This document shows, in pieces, positions 9,628 through 19,438 of a stretch of 64,000 bases of DNA. Origin of the DNA: a virus (Duplodnaviria; Caudoviricetes); the IMG/VR virus record IMGVR_UViG_3300047375_000738; one strand, 5' to 3'. The notes under the pieces were generated by a model. The model was not told the DNA's origin. It ran no database searches and was given only the letters and a program-made list of their open reading frames with translations. Position numbers and translations under genes: made by a program. Numbering within the stretch: position 1 is the first letter of the stretch; the number at the start of each line of letters is the position of its first letter.

Positions 9628-10910
9628 TTCTTTTTCTTACCGCTTTTCATATTAGCACACCAGTGATACATTTTAGCCTTCTCACCACTTGCGTTCTTAG
9701 CACGTTTGCGTAGTGCTGTTACACTACCATTACAACTTGCACCTGAACGTTTTACACGCCCTGGTCTGCTTTTGCCTTTTTTCTTACCGTCAGCAAAGTT
9801 TTCGCTATATGCTTTATCAGTAGCAGCCTTAGCACTAGCACCTTGTGGGTGTTTTGGATTAATACCTACAGGCTCGCCATTCATTAGTTGTGAAATATCA
9901 GCAGCTTTACCAATTTTATCTAATAGCATGTGTAACTTGTCATTAGGATCATAGTTGCCTGTTTCGTAACCTGGCTTACCACGCACTTCTGTACGTCTGC
10001 CTGTAGCAGTGTCAACAATGTTTAATACCATCATATCGGTGTCACGCTCTAACTGTAGCTTGTAACCTTCGTTAGTTTTCTTTTTAGGCTTTCCATGTTT
10101 GTTATGCTGTGCCCAAGCAATAGCATAAGGTGCACCAGGATCGTCAAACTTGCCTTTTAGTTTTTTAACTTGTTTTTCTCTGCCCGGAGGAGCTTTTTCT
10201 AATGCTTTCTTACTTTTCCAAGCATCTTTGTCACCCTTTGCTGCTGCTTTTCTTCTTGCAGCAATTTTATCTGCAACAGTTGGTTCGTCAAACTTTTCAG
10301 GCTTCTTCTTTATACTTGTACGTTTAGGGGTCTTAGTAGCAAAACCAAACACCTCAGTTACCCCCATACCTTTACGTACTGCGTCATACATTTGTTGGGC
10401 AATCTTTGGATTAGCAACACCTTGTTTAAAACTATCAAAGTCATCTGTAGCTGCTGCTGCTCTCATCTTACTTGCGCTCATACCTTCGGCGCCTTCTGCA
10501 TCTGGATCACGCTCTCCTGCACTTACAACTTGAATATCTTTAAAGTTATACTCTTTGCCATTGTACTTGTTAATAAGTGTAGTAAAATCTTGTATTCTAT
10601 CACTGCCTGCAACATATACAATACTATCATATCCCATAGCTTCAATTTTTTGTAGTGCTTGTATAATCGTTTTTACATCGCTACTGCCTACTTTAACATT
10701 TGGAAAACTTGCTTGTGCAAATTTTAATTTATCTGCAAATGCTAATGGATCTGTTTTTGGTTTTTGACTTTGTGTTACAAAAATATAAGGATCACCAGGA
10801 ATACTTGCTACTTTATCGGCTAATTTTTTATGCCCAATTGTAGGAGGGTTCATTCTTCCAAACGCAAGAACTGCTGTCTTTGATGCTTCAAATAAACTTC
10901 TTATCTTCAT
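9624..10910 (-). CDS. HIGH-superfamily nucleotidyltransferase (cytidyltransferase/NMNAT-like) with modular C-terminal extensions
   Basis: FGRMNPPTIGH, AGSDR, SASKMR; start MKIRSLFE at 10910. Confidence 0.75.
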   Translation of the reverse strand: MKIRSLFEASKTAVLAFGRMNPPTIGHKKLADKVASIPGDPYIFVTQSQKPKTDPLAFADKLKFAQASFPNVKVGSSDVKTIIQALQKIEAMGYDSIVYVAGSDRIQDFTTLINKYNGKEYNFKDIQVVSAGERDPDAEGAEGMSASKMRAAAATDDFDSFKQGVANPKIAQQMYDAVRKGMGVTEVFGFATKTPKRTSIKKKPEKFDEPTVADKIAARRKAAAKGDKDAWKSKKALEKAPPGREKQVKKLKGKFDDPGAPYAIAWAQHNKHGKPKKKTNEGYKLQLERDTDMMVLNIVDTATGRRTEVRGKPGYETGNYDPNDKLHMLLDKIGKAADISQLMNGEPVGINPKHPQGASAKAATDKAYSENFADGKKKGKSRPGRVKRSGASCNGSVTALRKRAKNASGEKAKMYHWCANMKSGKKKK

Positions 10911-11992
10911 GACGGTTGCCACCTTTGTCTTGGTACTAGTTTAGTTTTACTGCCTAGTGCTACATAGCCCTCACCGCCTTTTTCGCCTTTGGTGCTTTGT
11001 TTTACATCTGCAGGAGCATCATCAAGCTGTTGTATAATGTGATCCTTTGCTGTCATTATTTGTTTTACAAGACTAAAAATTGCAGGCAATGCTTTAGGAT
11101 TTTCATCACTCATTGCTTTAATTTTTGCTTGTTTGTTAGCACTTACTTTGCTACCTTGCAACCAACTAAAAAAGTTTTTGTCAAGTTGTTGTAATTGCTG
11201 TGCTCTACTGCTTTGGTTTACATATGTATAGATGATATTTTTCATATCACTTAAACCTTGTACAGGAGCAAGGAAGCTATCAATTGCACTTGCATATTTC
11301 TTTGCAAATATTCTAATAGCATCTACTTCTTTTGTATCTATTTGCGGCTGGTGTGTAACATAAGTTTGTCCTAATACAACTGCATCGCCACTGTTTAGTT
11401 CTTTTACATCGCTAAGAGGTGTACCAGTACTGTCTCCAAAGTTTTCGTAGCGTGTGTGTACTGTTACACCCACTGTACTGTTTGCTACACGCTTGCCTAG
11501 TTCGCTGTTAGGGTCAACAGTATATGTTACTAAGTTTGGTGTAAACTGTAAGCCTTCGTCAGTTTTTGTAACTGGCTTACCTGGATGATAAAGTATATCG
11601 CCGTAGATATAGCCTCTAAAGTTAGGAGGAGTTGCTGCTTCCATGACTTTAAAAATACCAGCCATTTCACTAGCAAAACGCTCACGCCACTCTTCGCCTT
11701 TACCTGTATTGGTAATAAACTTATATAAGTCTTCTGAAGAGTAGCTTTTATTTCGTCCCCAGCCGTTTTTGCCTACTAGTACAAATTTACCACTTGGCTC
11801 TCTGCCGTAATACATTGTAGGATATCCATCCCACTTGATAGCAATGTCACTACTGTCGCTGCCCATTTTACTAAGTATGTCTGTTGCTTTTTGCGCACCA
11901 GCACTGCCGTCGACAAATACTAAGTCTTCTAAGTGTTGGTACTCTCGGCCTACTTTAGCTTCAGTGAGTATTTTAAATTCACGGTAACGCAT
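10907..11992 (-). CDS. ATP-dependent ligase-like covalent nucleotidyltransferase (DUF6267-type)
   Basis: Motif I KWDG, motif III YGDILY, motif IV GEGYV, motif V KLV; N-terminus MRYREFKILTE. Confidence 0.65.
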   Translation of the reverse strand: MRYREFKILTEAKVGREYQHLEDLVFVDGSAGAQKATDILSKMGSDSSDIAIKWDGYPTMYYGREPSGKFVLVGKNGWGRNKSYSSEDLYKFITNTGKGEEWRERFASEMAGIFKVMEAATPPNFRGYIYGDILYHPGKPVTKTDEGLQFTPNLVTYTVDPNSELGKRVANSTVGVTVHTRYENFGDSTGTPLSDVKELNSGDAVVLGQTYVTHQPQIDTKEVDAIRIFAKKYASAIDSFLAPVQGLSDMKNIIYTYVNQSSRAQQLQQLDKNFFSWLQGSKVSANKQAKIKAMSDENPKALPAIFSLVKQIMTAKDHIIQQLDDAPADVKQSTKGEKGGEGYVALGSKTKLVPRQRWQPS

Positions 11993-12357
11993 TAGTATTC
12001 CTTGTTGCGAAAGTTTTCCTTCTCGGCATTTAAAAGCCTAGTAGCACATTCTATCTTCTCAGCATCAGTACCAATTACACGATCGTTACGTTTTGGAATC
12101 TTAAACTTGTTAACATACGATTCAACAGCCTTGTCAATCATTGGAAACATTTGTTTCTTATTAAACTTGCCGCCGTTGTTTATTGCTTTTTGTACATTAA
12201 CTAATGTTGGATACGTTTCGGTTCTATAAAAGTCTGGATCATTCTGCATGAACACAACAACATCGTCAAGTACATCAAATGGTAGCTCACCACCAACTTT
12301 GTTTTCAGGACTGTTGTCCATCATATCGTTTTCTAAGATTTCGTTGCGTTTTACCAT
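11992..12357 (-). CDS. Hypothetical protein
   Basis: Clean 121 aa ORF in an operon; FDVLDDVVVFMQNDPDFYR module. Confidence 0.6.
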   Translation of the reverse strand: MVKRNEILENDMMDNSPENKVGGELPFDVLDDVVVFMQNDPDFYRTETYPTLVNVQKAINNGGKFNKKQMFPMIDKAVESYVNKFKIPKRNDRVIGTDAEKIECATRLLNAEKENFRNKEY

Positions 12358-12360
12358 TGT

Positions 12361-12594
12361 TTAGTCCTCAAAATTCGCACGTTGTAAAAAACTTTGAATT
12401 GCATCACCATCTAAAGATGTTAGTAGCTCATGCATTACTTTTTCAATACCGTGTTTTTTAATTAGGTCGTATACCGGTTGTGTATAATACCCGCCCGCTT
12501 CGTCAACTGCTCGTTGATCTAATAGTGCTGTTAGGCGATCGCCCATTTCTCTAATTTCATCTGCGACTGTTTTTACCATTTTCTGCAACTCCAA
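12361..12594 (-). CDS. Hypothetical protein
   Basis: 77 aa ORF in operon context. Confidence 0.5.
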   Translation of the reverse strand: MELQKMVKTVADEIREMGDRLTALLDQRAVDEAGGYYTQPVYDLIKKHGIEKVMHELLTSLDGDAIQSFLQRANFED

Positions 12595-13124
12595 TATCTT
12601 GCTTTATGTCTTGGTCCAGGATTATCGCAGTTGTGTCTTGCTCTAAACGAACGTCTACGTGCTGGATTGCCTTTTTTAATTTTTACACCTTTTTGTCCAA
12701 AGTTAACTTTAACTACATTGCCTTTTGGATTCTTAACGTATACTTTAAACTTTTTAGTGTCACCTGCCATTGGCTTACCAAGTGCTACTTTGCGTCCTTG
12801 ATATTCGGCTTCATCAAGATAATCTGTGTTAAACCACATGTCGCCGTAGTCTTCATAAAAGTCGTCGTCATCGTCGTATGTAACTTCGTCGATTGCATCT
12901 TCATTCGACATAATTTCAATGTCAAAATCTTTGTGACCATTTTCAAACATAAGATCGGCTAAACGCTGTGCGTATTCGTCTGCTTCTGACTCACTAAGCT
13001 CACGTGGCAGAGGCAATTCAACATAAGTGTTTTCTACTGCTTCATAAATGTTTTGTTCTGTAAAAATACTTTCGTCTAATTTGACTTGAGTCTTTTCCAT
13101 TACTAATCTTACAAAATGTTCCAT
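12573..13124 (-). CDS. Hypothetical virion protein with acidic linker and basic Cys/Trp C-terminal module (DUF6321-like)
   Basis: LDEAEYQGRKV...SFRARHNC...ARYWSCRKW; late promoter at 13152-13158. Confidence 0.55.
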   Translation of the reverse strand: MEHFVRLVMEKTQVKLDESIFTEQNIYEAVENTYVELPLPRELSESEADEYAQRLADLMFENGHKDFDIEIMSNEDAIDEVTYDDDDDFYEDYGDMWFNTDYLDEAEYQGRKVALGKPMAGDTKKFKVYVKNPKGNVVKVNFGQKGVKIKKGNPARRRSFRARHNCDNPGPRHKARYWSCRKW

Positions 13125-13150
13125 GATGTATCCTTATAGGTTTATTAATA

Positions 13151-13849
13151 CTATTTATCAATATCTTCCTTGTACACAATTTTATCGATACGAGTAATAT
13201 TGTCACCGCAAATCAGTTGTACCATGAATAAAACTTTTTCGTCACGTACAAAAATATATTGTCCTTTGATCCAACGCTCTCTATTAAGAAAGTTTTTCAT
13301 TAGTACAGGCCCACAACGTGCTTTGTCAGTGTTGTTTTGTAGCCATGTGCCCATTGAACGCTTTGCTGTTTTCTGTCCAAACGTTAATTTAATTGGAAAG
13401 TTTGTTTTTTTGTCACTAAGTATAATGTTTGCATTAGATTGTAAGTATTTAATACTTGCTGTATCAGGTTCCCAAAATTCTTCAGCAATTTCAAACTTTG
13501 AAATTGTAGTTAGAAGTTTTTTATCATTACTATAGATTATTAGTGTATTATATTCACAACGTACTAAATATTCTTTACTATGTAATAACAATCTGCAAAT
13601 TTTATCAGCATCTGTTATGTCATTAGAATCAAGATGTAACTCACTACGCCACGTAGTCTTCTTTAACGGTAGTCCTAATTTTGCTGAAAGTTTGTAACTA
13701 TCAATTTGGCTACGTGCATAACTTAGTTTGCCGTTGCGTTGCATTTCAGTTCTAAACACACTTGCTAATGGACTACGGACGACTACTTTATATAGAAATC
13801 GTCCGTAGTGTAGTTTTTTGGTTTCAAACTTCTTCAACAACTTGTTCAA
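13151..13849 (-). CDS. Conserved jumbo-phage hypothetical protein
   Basis: 232 aa ORF directly downstream of clpA. Confidence 0.6.
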   Translation of the reverse strand: MNKLLKKFETKKLHYGRFLYKVVVRSPLASVFRTEMQRNGKLSYARSQIDSYKLSAKLGLPLKKTTWRSELHLDSNDITDADKICRLLLHSKEYLVRCEYNTLIIYSNDKKLLTTISKFEIAEEFWEPDTASIKYLQSNANIILSDKKTNFPIKLTFGQKTAKRSMGTWLQNNTDKARCGPVLMKNFLNRERWIKGQYIFVRDEKVLFMVQLICGDNITRIDKIVYKEDIDK

Positions 13850-16073
13850 CTTCTAGTTCAATTTTGTCATCAACAAGTTTAATAACAATGTCGCCGCCGT
13901 TTTTCAAGTCACCAAATAGTAGTGCTCTTGACAACGGACGTTTGATATCTTTATCAATTACACGCTGCAAAGGCCTTGCACCCATTTTAGGATCAAATCC
14001 TTTGTCAACTAAGTAGTCCAACGCTTCGTCTGTAATAGTAAACTTAACATCTTTTTGTTTGACCATGTCTTTGAGTTCTTTCATAAACTTCCCGACAATT
14101 TTCATCATTACAGGCTTGCCTAGTTTAGCAAATGTAATTGTAGCATCAAGTCTATTTCTAAACTCTGGCTTAAAGTAATTTTTTATACTAGTATCTTCGT
14201 ACTCAGTTTCCTCTGAGCCAAACCCGATAGCATTTTTCTCAGCTTCTGCTGCACCCAAGTTAGTTGTAAGAATTAATACAACATTACGTGCATCTGCTTC
14301 TTTGCCATTTGATCCTGTAACTTTGCCATTATCCATTAGCTGCAATAGTACGCTACTAACATCTGGGTGTGCTTTTTCAATTTCGTCTAGTAGCAATACA
14401 CAGTTAGGATTTTCTTGTAGTTTTACAATTAACTGTCCAGCATCGTCATCAAACCCAACATAGCCTGGAGGAGCACCAATAAGTTTAGCAACACTGTGCT
14501 TCTCTTGATACTCACTCATATCAAAACGTACTAGCGGAATGCCCATGTTTGTTGAAAGAGCTTTTGCAGTTTCTGTTTTACCTGTGCCAGTTGGGCCCAT
14601 AAACACAAAAGATCCAATTGGTTTATCATCAGGCTTTAGTCCTGCTTGCGCTACAAGAATCTTATCTACAATACCTTCAATAGCATCGTCTTGTCCAAAC
14701 ACACTACCTTTCATATTCTTTTCAAGATCTTTTAGATTCTCAGCTTCACGTTCTGCTACTTGCTCTTCGGGTAGTTTTACCATTTTAGCAAGTTCAAACT
14801 GAATTTCTTCTTCGGTAACAACCAAGTCTTCTGTTTGATCGTTTACTTTAAAGCGTGAACATGCTACGTCCAGCAAGTCGATTGCTTTATCTGGTAGCTT
14901 CTTATCAGGTTGATATTTTACACTAAGTTTTACTGCTGAAGCCATTGCATCGTCTGTAATCTTTACACCATGGAAGTCTTCGTAATATCCTACAATGCCT
15001 TTTAGAATTTCGAGTGTAGTTTCTTCGCTCGGTTCGTCAATACTTACACGTTGGAATCGACGCATTAATGCTCGATCCTTTTCAAAGAACTTGCGATACT
15101 CTTCCCATGTAGTTGACGCAACAACTTTTAAGTTACCCTTGCCTAATGCAGGTTTTAGTAAGTTAGCTAAATCGTTACTACTATTCTGTCCGCCTGCACC
15201 TGCTCCACTGATCATATGTGCTTCGTCAATAAACATAATAGTCTTGCCTTTCTTTTGTAGTCCGGCTAGTACTAGTTTAAAACGTTCCTCAAAGTCACCA
15301 CGATATTTACTACCAGCAAGCATAGCACCAATATCTAGTGCATATACATTATATTCTTTTAAAAACTCTGGTGTTTCGCCATTAACAATTTTCCAAGCAA
15401 GCCCTTCTGCAATAGCAGTTTTACCAACGCCTGGATCGCCTACCATTAGTACGTTGCTTTTACTACGACGACCTAGTGCTAGTGCAACACTACTTAGTTC
15501 GTCGTGGCGTCCAATTACAGGATCAATTTTGCCTGACTTTACTTGTGCATTTAAATCGTCTGTAAACTGTCGGATAGCTTGGTTAGCAGCACCAGCGTTC
15601 TCTTGTAGCTCTTGTTCTTCTTCTTGTTCGCCTATTGCAATATTAACAAATGCTTGCCACTCGGCTTTTGTAATTTTGGCCTTGTGTGTTGCAAAATACG
15701 CAAAGCTACGTTTTTCGCCTAGTATACTTGTAAATACATCAGAAATTTCAATTTTACTTCTGCCTTGAAATAACACTTGTGCAAATGCTCTATTCAATAC
15801 ACGCTCGACAGTTTGTGTTTTTTTAGGCTTCCATTTTTTACTAACAGTATCAGTATCAATTTTAATTTGTTCAAGAGACTTAATATAATTTTCAAGTTCA
15901 CTTTTGAGTAAGTCAACGTCGGCACCATACTCTTCAAGTGATTCTTGAAAGTTTTCTTCGCATAGCATAGCAAAAGTTAAATGCTCAAGTGTAACATATT
16001 CATGCTTTAACTTTTTTGCATCGCCGACTGCTTTATCAAATACTGCTTGTAATTCTGTACTCGGTTCAACCAT
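13824..16073 (-). CDS. clpA: ATP-dependent Clp protease ATP-binding subunit ClpA
   Basis: Clp N-domain (HEYVTLEHL), two AAA+ modules (GDPGVGKT/FIDEAH and GPTGTGKT/LLDEIEK), GARPL; no M-domain. Confidence 0.93.
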   Translation of the reverse strand: MVEPSTELQAVFDKAVGDAKKLKHEYVTLEHLTFAMLCEENFQESLEEYGADVDLLKSELENYIKSLEQIKIDTDTVSKKWKPKKTQTVERVLNRAFAQVLFQGRSKIEISDVFTSILGEKRSFAYFATHKAKITKAEWQAFVNIAIGEQEEEQELQENAGAANQAIRQFTDDLNAQVKSGKIDPVIGRHDELSSVALALGRRSKSNVLMVGDPGVGKTAIAEGLAWKIVNGETPEFLKEYNVYALDIGAMLAGSKYRGDFEERFKLVLAGLQKKGKTIMFIDEAHMISGAGAGGQNSSNDLANLLKPALGKGNLKVVASTTWEEYRKFFEKDRALMRRFQRVSIDEPSEETTLEILKGIVGYYEDFHGVKITDDAMASAVKLSVKYQPDKKLPDKAIDLLDVACSRFKVNDQTEDLVVTEEEIQFELAKMVKLPEEQVAEREAENLKDLEKNMKGSVFGQDDAIEGIVDKILVAQAGLKPDDKPIGSFVFMGPTGTGKTETAKALSTNMGIPLVRFDMSEYQEKHSVAKLIGAPPGYVGFDDDAGQLIVKLQENPNCVLLLDEIEKAHPDVSSVLLQLMDNGKVTGSNGKEADARNVVLILTTNLGAAEAEKNAIGFGSEETEYEDTSIKNYFKPEFRNRLDATITFAKLGKPVMMKIVGKFMKELKDMVKQKDVKFTITDEALDYLVDKGFDPKMGARPLQRVIDKDIKRPLSRALLFGDLKNGGDIVIKLVDDKIELEVEQVVEEV

Positions 16074-16599
16074 TTCTTATTGCCTTTTTAATATCTTTAA
16101 TACGTTTTGTTTCTGCACGTTTTAGTTTGAATTTACTTACTCGATCAATGTATTGTATACCGTGCAAATGATCATACTCGTGTAAGAAAATTCTAGCATC
16201 GATGTCGTCCAGTTTCATCTCTACATGTATAACATTTTTATAGTCATTTGTCAAGGTATCAAATCCAACAATACAACTAATTGGACGTTTTACTTTTAGT
16301 ATTAGTCCAGGATGACTAAGACACCCTTCGGGTCCTAGTTCAATTTCTTTACTAAGTCCTTTAATTTCAGGATTGATAACTGTAACAATATCTCCGTGCT
16401 GTTTATTTAAAAATGCTTTCATTACAAAAATTTGTCCAGAGAACCCTACTTGGTTTGCACTAAGTCCAACACCGCCATGTTTATTCATAACGTCAATCAT
16501 GTCTAGTGCCTTTGGAGCAGGGTGTCCAAAGTATTCTTGGTCGTAAACATCCACTGCTGTTTCAAGCTGTGGATCAGGTGCGATTACTAAGTTCATCAT
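16066..16599 (-). CDS. def: Peptide deformylase
   Basis: GVGLSANQ, EGCLS and HEYDH motifs. Confidence 0.95.
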   Translation of the reverse strand: MMNLVIAPDPQLETAVDVYDQEYFGHPAPKALDMIDVMNKHGGVGLSANQVGFSGQIFVMKAFLNKQHGDIVTVINPEIKGLSKEIELGPEGCLSHPGLILKVKRPISCIVGFDTLTNDYKNVIHVEMKLDDIDARIFLHEYDHLHGIQYIDRVSKFKLKRAETKRIKDIKKAIRNG

Positions 16600-17398
16600 A
16601 TAACTTTTTTACCTTTTCTTCATCTTCTATAGTATTTAATTTAGGAAGGGTTCCCTTAATATGCAAATACAAATGTCCAGTACGTCCTTGTCTTGGATCT
16701 GGGATACCTTGCCCGCCTACACTTAATGTTGTACTAGGCGCAGTACTCTTAGGTATTGTAACACGTAAAGGACCGCCTGTCAACTTATCAATTATTATTA
16801 CAGTACCTAACATTAGATCAAATACACTTACGTCTATATTAGAATGTAAGTTTATGCCATCACGATCGTATCTTGGATGTGCTTGAACTCGGACTTGTAC
16901 TAATAAATCGCCTCTTGGCAAACGTGGATTAGAGTTATCACCTAAGCCTTGATATCTAATTACTTGTCCGTTTTGGACACCTTGTTGTATCTTTATACTA
17001 GCACTACTTTCTAAACCATTTGGCAGTTTGTATGTGGCTAAAATATCTCTGCCTTCCATAACATCACGTAGTGTAATATTTACTGCAATTTTAACATCGC
17101 TATTTTTTTGTGGGCGTTGCTGTTGTGCAAATCCTCTGCCAAACATTGCTTCAAATATATCATTCACACTTCCAGCGCCAGCATTCATCGACTGTGTATT
17201 CATTCTAACTTGGGGGCTGTCGTATGCCTGCCTCTTAGCAGGATCCTTTAAGGTTTCGTATGCTTCATTTATTTGTGAAAATTTAGCACCGTCGCCACCG
17301 TGGTCAGGATGATGTTTCATAGCCGACTTGCGGTATGCTTTTTTTATTTCATCCTGACTAGCTTGTTTGTTAATACCTAATATACTGTAATAGTCCAT
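16574..17398 (-). CDS. dnaJ: DnaJ/CbpA-type J-domain chaperone (no zinc finger)
   Basis: MDYYSILG, KHHPD, INEAYETL, C-terminal RGDLLV. Confidence 0.9.
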   Translation of the reverse strand: MDYYSILGINKQASQDEIKKAYRKSAMKHHPDHGGDGAKFSQINEAYETLKDPAKRQAYDSPQVRMNTQSMNAGAGSVNDIFEAMFGRGFAQQQRPQKNSDVKIAVNITLRDVMEGRDILATYKLPNGLESSASIKIQQGVQNGQVIRYQGLGDNSNPRLPRGDLLVQVRVQAHPRYDRDGINLHSNIDVSVFDLMLGTVIIIDKLTGGPLRVTIPKSTAPSTTLSVGGQGIPDPRQGRTGHLYLHIKGTLPKLNTIEDEEKVKKLYDELSNRT

Positions 17399-17418
17399 AC
17401 TATTACTTACTATCTGTA

Positions 17419-17802
17419 TTATTTAGATTTGTCAGTTCCGGTATACAGTCCAAACCATGCTGCTCCAGCACCAACTACGATACTGATTAGTCCACTTTGT
17501 TCCATACTTGGATCTGGCAAATTCATATACCAAATAACACATTTGTATAATAGTATAATGTATACAGTTAAGAACAAGCGTGGAAAGATTCTCCAACTAT
17601 CGATTGCTCTTGCTAAGTGTATCAATCTTGCATATGGATTTGGACCCATATCTTTTACACTTGTGTCTACTTCTAAATCTAGTTTAACTTTTCGTGTAGT
17701 ACTATCTTGCGTACTTACTACTACAGCGTCTGGTTTTGCTTCTGGTTCCGGCGCAGGTTGTGCTGCTGGTTTGTCTAAGTCTTCAAGTTTTTTTCTTGGC
17801 AT
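17419..17802 (-). CDS. Two-TM membrane protein, putative holin-like
   Basis: DSWRIFPR followed by two hydrophobic segments; end of the lysis cluster. Confidence 0.45.
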   Translation of the reverse strand: MPRKKLEDLDKPAAQPAPEPEAKPDAVVVSTQDSTTRKVKLDLEVDTSVKDMGPNPYARLIHLARAIDSWRIFPRLFLTVYIILLYKCVIWYMNLPDPSMEQSGLISIVVGAGAAWFGLYTGTDKSK

Positions 17803-18079
17803 TTTTACCCTCCAATTTTTGTAATCTGCCCTCTAGGTCGTCTATCTTTGCTGTAATTTTTGGATACTTTTTACGCCAGGCATCTTCAGGTTGTTCTAAC
17901 CAAGTCCACCCCCAACGTGCTACTAGGAAGTCGATTGCATTATCGACTTTTGCATAGCCCCAAAGTCCAATTCGTGTTGTACTCATGTATGCTACAAATA
18001 TAGCACCTAGTATACTACCGCCGATTGCTGTGTAAATCCACAGCCTATCAGTGGCCATTCTTTCAATCATTTCCCACAT
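17783..18079 (-). CDS. Membrane protein, possible holin/antiholin
   Basis: N-terminal TM segment; late promoter at 18105-18111. Confidence 0.45.
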   Translation of the reverse strand: MWEMIERMATDRLWIYTAIGGSILGAIFVAYMSTTRIGLWGYAKVDNAIDFLVARWGWTWLEQPEDAWRKKYPKITAKIDDLEGRLQKLEGKNAKKKT

Positions 18080-18100
18080 AGTAATCCCTCAATTATTATG

Positions 18101-18634
18101 TTAGTATTTATCCATCATCCACTTTGGCAAACTTCCTGTTGCTTCCTCTTGTGTTGGATATCTTCGTACACCTAATGCTCGTTGAGGATTGTATAAATCG
18201 TATCGAACTTCATTAGATTGATTGCCTCCAAGTATTACCCATTTGCCGTTTTGTTCTTCAACAAAAAATCCTACATGCCCTTTCCATCCGCTATTTCCTC
18301 TTGGAAATATTACAACATCTCCACGTTGTATAAACTCAGGGTCTACCTTTTCGCCCCAATATAGAAAACTACGTGCCATTAGTGGAGGGTATTTGGTTTG
18401 ATTGTTTAAGTTAGGTATATTGTCTAATTCTAGCACAGCATTAACAAACGCCGCACACCATTCTGTACGTACAGGATCAACACCAGTTAACTGATGCAAC
18501 TCTCTCCTGTTTGCACGTTCTCCTAATCCAATATATTCTTGAGCTAAGTCCACACTAGTAATATTCTCACTAGCAAAGGGCGCACATGCTGTAATTAACA
18601 TAATGCTAGATACTCTAATAATGTGTTTGATCAA
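18101..18634 (-). CDS. TIGR02594/NlpC-P60-like peptidoglycan peptidase with lipoprotein signal
   Basis: WCAAFV, GHVGF, LGGNQSN; lipobox ITAC. Confidence 0.8.
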   Translation of the reverse strand: MIKHIIRVSSIMLITACAPFASENITSVDLAQEYIGLGERANRRELHQLTGVDPVRTEWCAAFVNAVLELDNIPNLNNQTKYPPLMARSFLYWGEKVDPEFIQRGDVVIFPRGNSGWKGHVGFFVEEQNGKWVILGGNQSNEVRYDLYNPQRALGVRRYPTQEEATGSLPKWMMDKY

Positions 18635-19030
18635 TTAGTCGATTACCTCAACTATTGCATTATCCATTGCTTCTTCTGCTTGTGCATAATAACCTTCATA
18701 GGCTGCAATGATAGCTTGTTGTTGTTGCACTAATGCACGTATGTCACTAAAGTTTAATCCTAAATTGCCATACCCGTCACCTGTTAATCCATATATAGCA
18801 AACGGTTTTCCACTTGCTGCAAGCCTTGCTATTACAGCATCAACATTATCTTCGTTGATAACAATCCATTCTAACTTGCGCATGTTGAGTTCGTCAACAG
18901 GAGGCAGAGTCAGTGTAGGTTTTTCAACCGGTGCTGTACTTATATCAATTACTTGTGGTTTCGTTGAGCAAGCCGCGAGACTTATAAGTATCGTAAAACC
19001 AAGGACACTCTTTGTTAAAAGCGATGCCAT
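18635..19030 (-). CDS. Outer-membrane spanin (Rz1-like lipoprotein)
   Basis: Lipobox LAAC, Pro-rich N-terminus; overlaps the 3' end of the i-spanin candidate. Confidence 0.7.
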   Translation of the reverse strand: MASLLTKSVLGFTILISLAACSTKPQVIDISTAPVEKPTLTLPPVDELNMRKLEWIVINEDNVDAVIARLAASGKPFAIYGLTGDGYGNLGLNFSDIRALVQQQQAIIAAYEGYYAQAEEAMDNAIVEVID

Positions 19031-19433
19031 TTGCTGCGTTCCTTTCTTTGTCTGTTAGATCTGCCCCCGATAGCAGTTCAAAACATCTACCTGCATTTTC
19101 GGTGCCTCTATTTACTGCACGTTCAATACCTTCGGCATTTGCTATTGCTGCTGCTGTTAAATCAATTTGTTGTAGTTTATCTGCAAGTTGCTGATTTTGC
19201 CTACGTATGCTTATGTACTGTTCGTTTAGTGTAGCAAGTTCGCTAGATGCTTTTGCATAGTCTTGCTCTAGCGAACTTATTGTTTGTTCGTTCAGTTCTA
19301 CTGCGGTGTTAAGTTTAGCATTGTTTGATGTAAGGATAGCCAAGCGTTCTTGGGTGTCATTGTAGTACCAATAACCGATACCTCCTGCACCCAACAACAA
19401 CATAAACATTACTATTGCTAACTTAGCACCCAT
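18945..19433 (-). CDS. Inner-membrane spanin (Rz-like)
   Basis: N-terminal TM segment followed by coiled coil; directly after the endolysin. Confidence 0.7.
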   Translation of the reverse strand: MGAKLAIVMFMLLLGAGGIGYWYYNDTQERLAILTSNNAKLNTAVELNEQTISSLEQDYAKASSELATLNEQYISIRRQNQQLADKLQQIDLTAAAIANAEGIERAVNRGTENAGRCFELLSGADLTDKERNAANGIAFNKECPWFYDTYKSRGLLNETTSN

Positions 19434-19438
19434 CTTAC

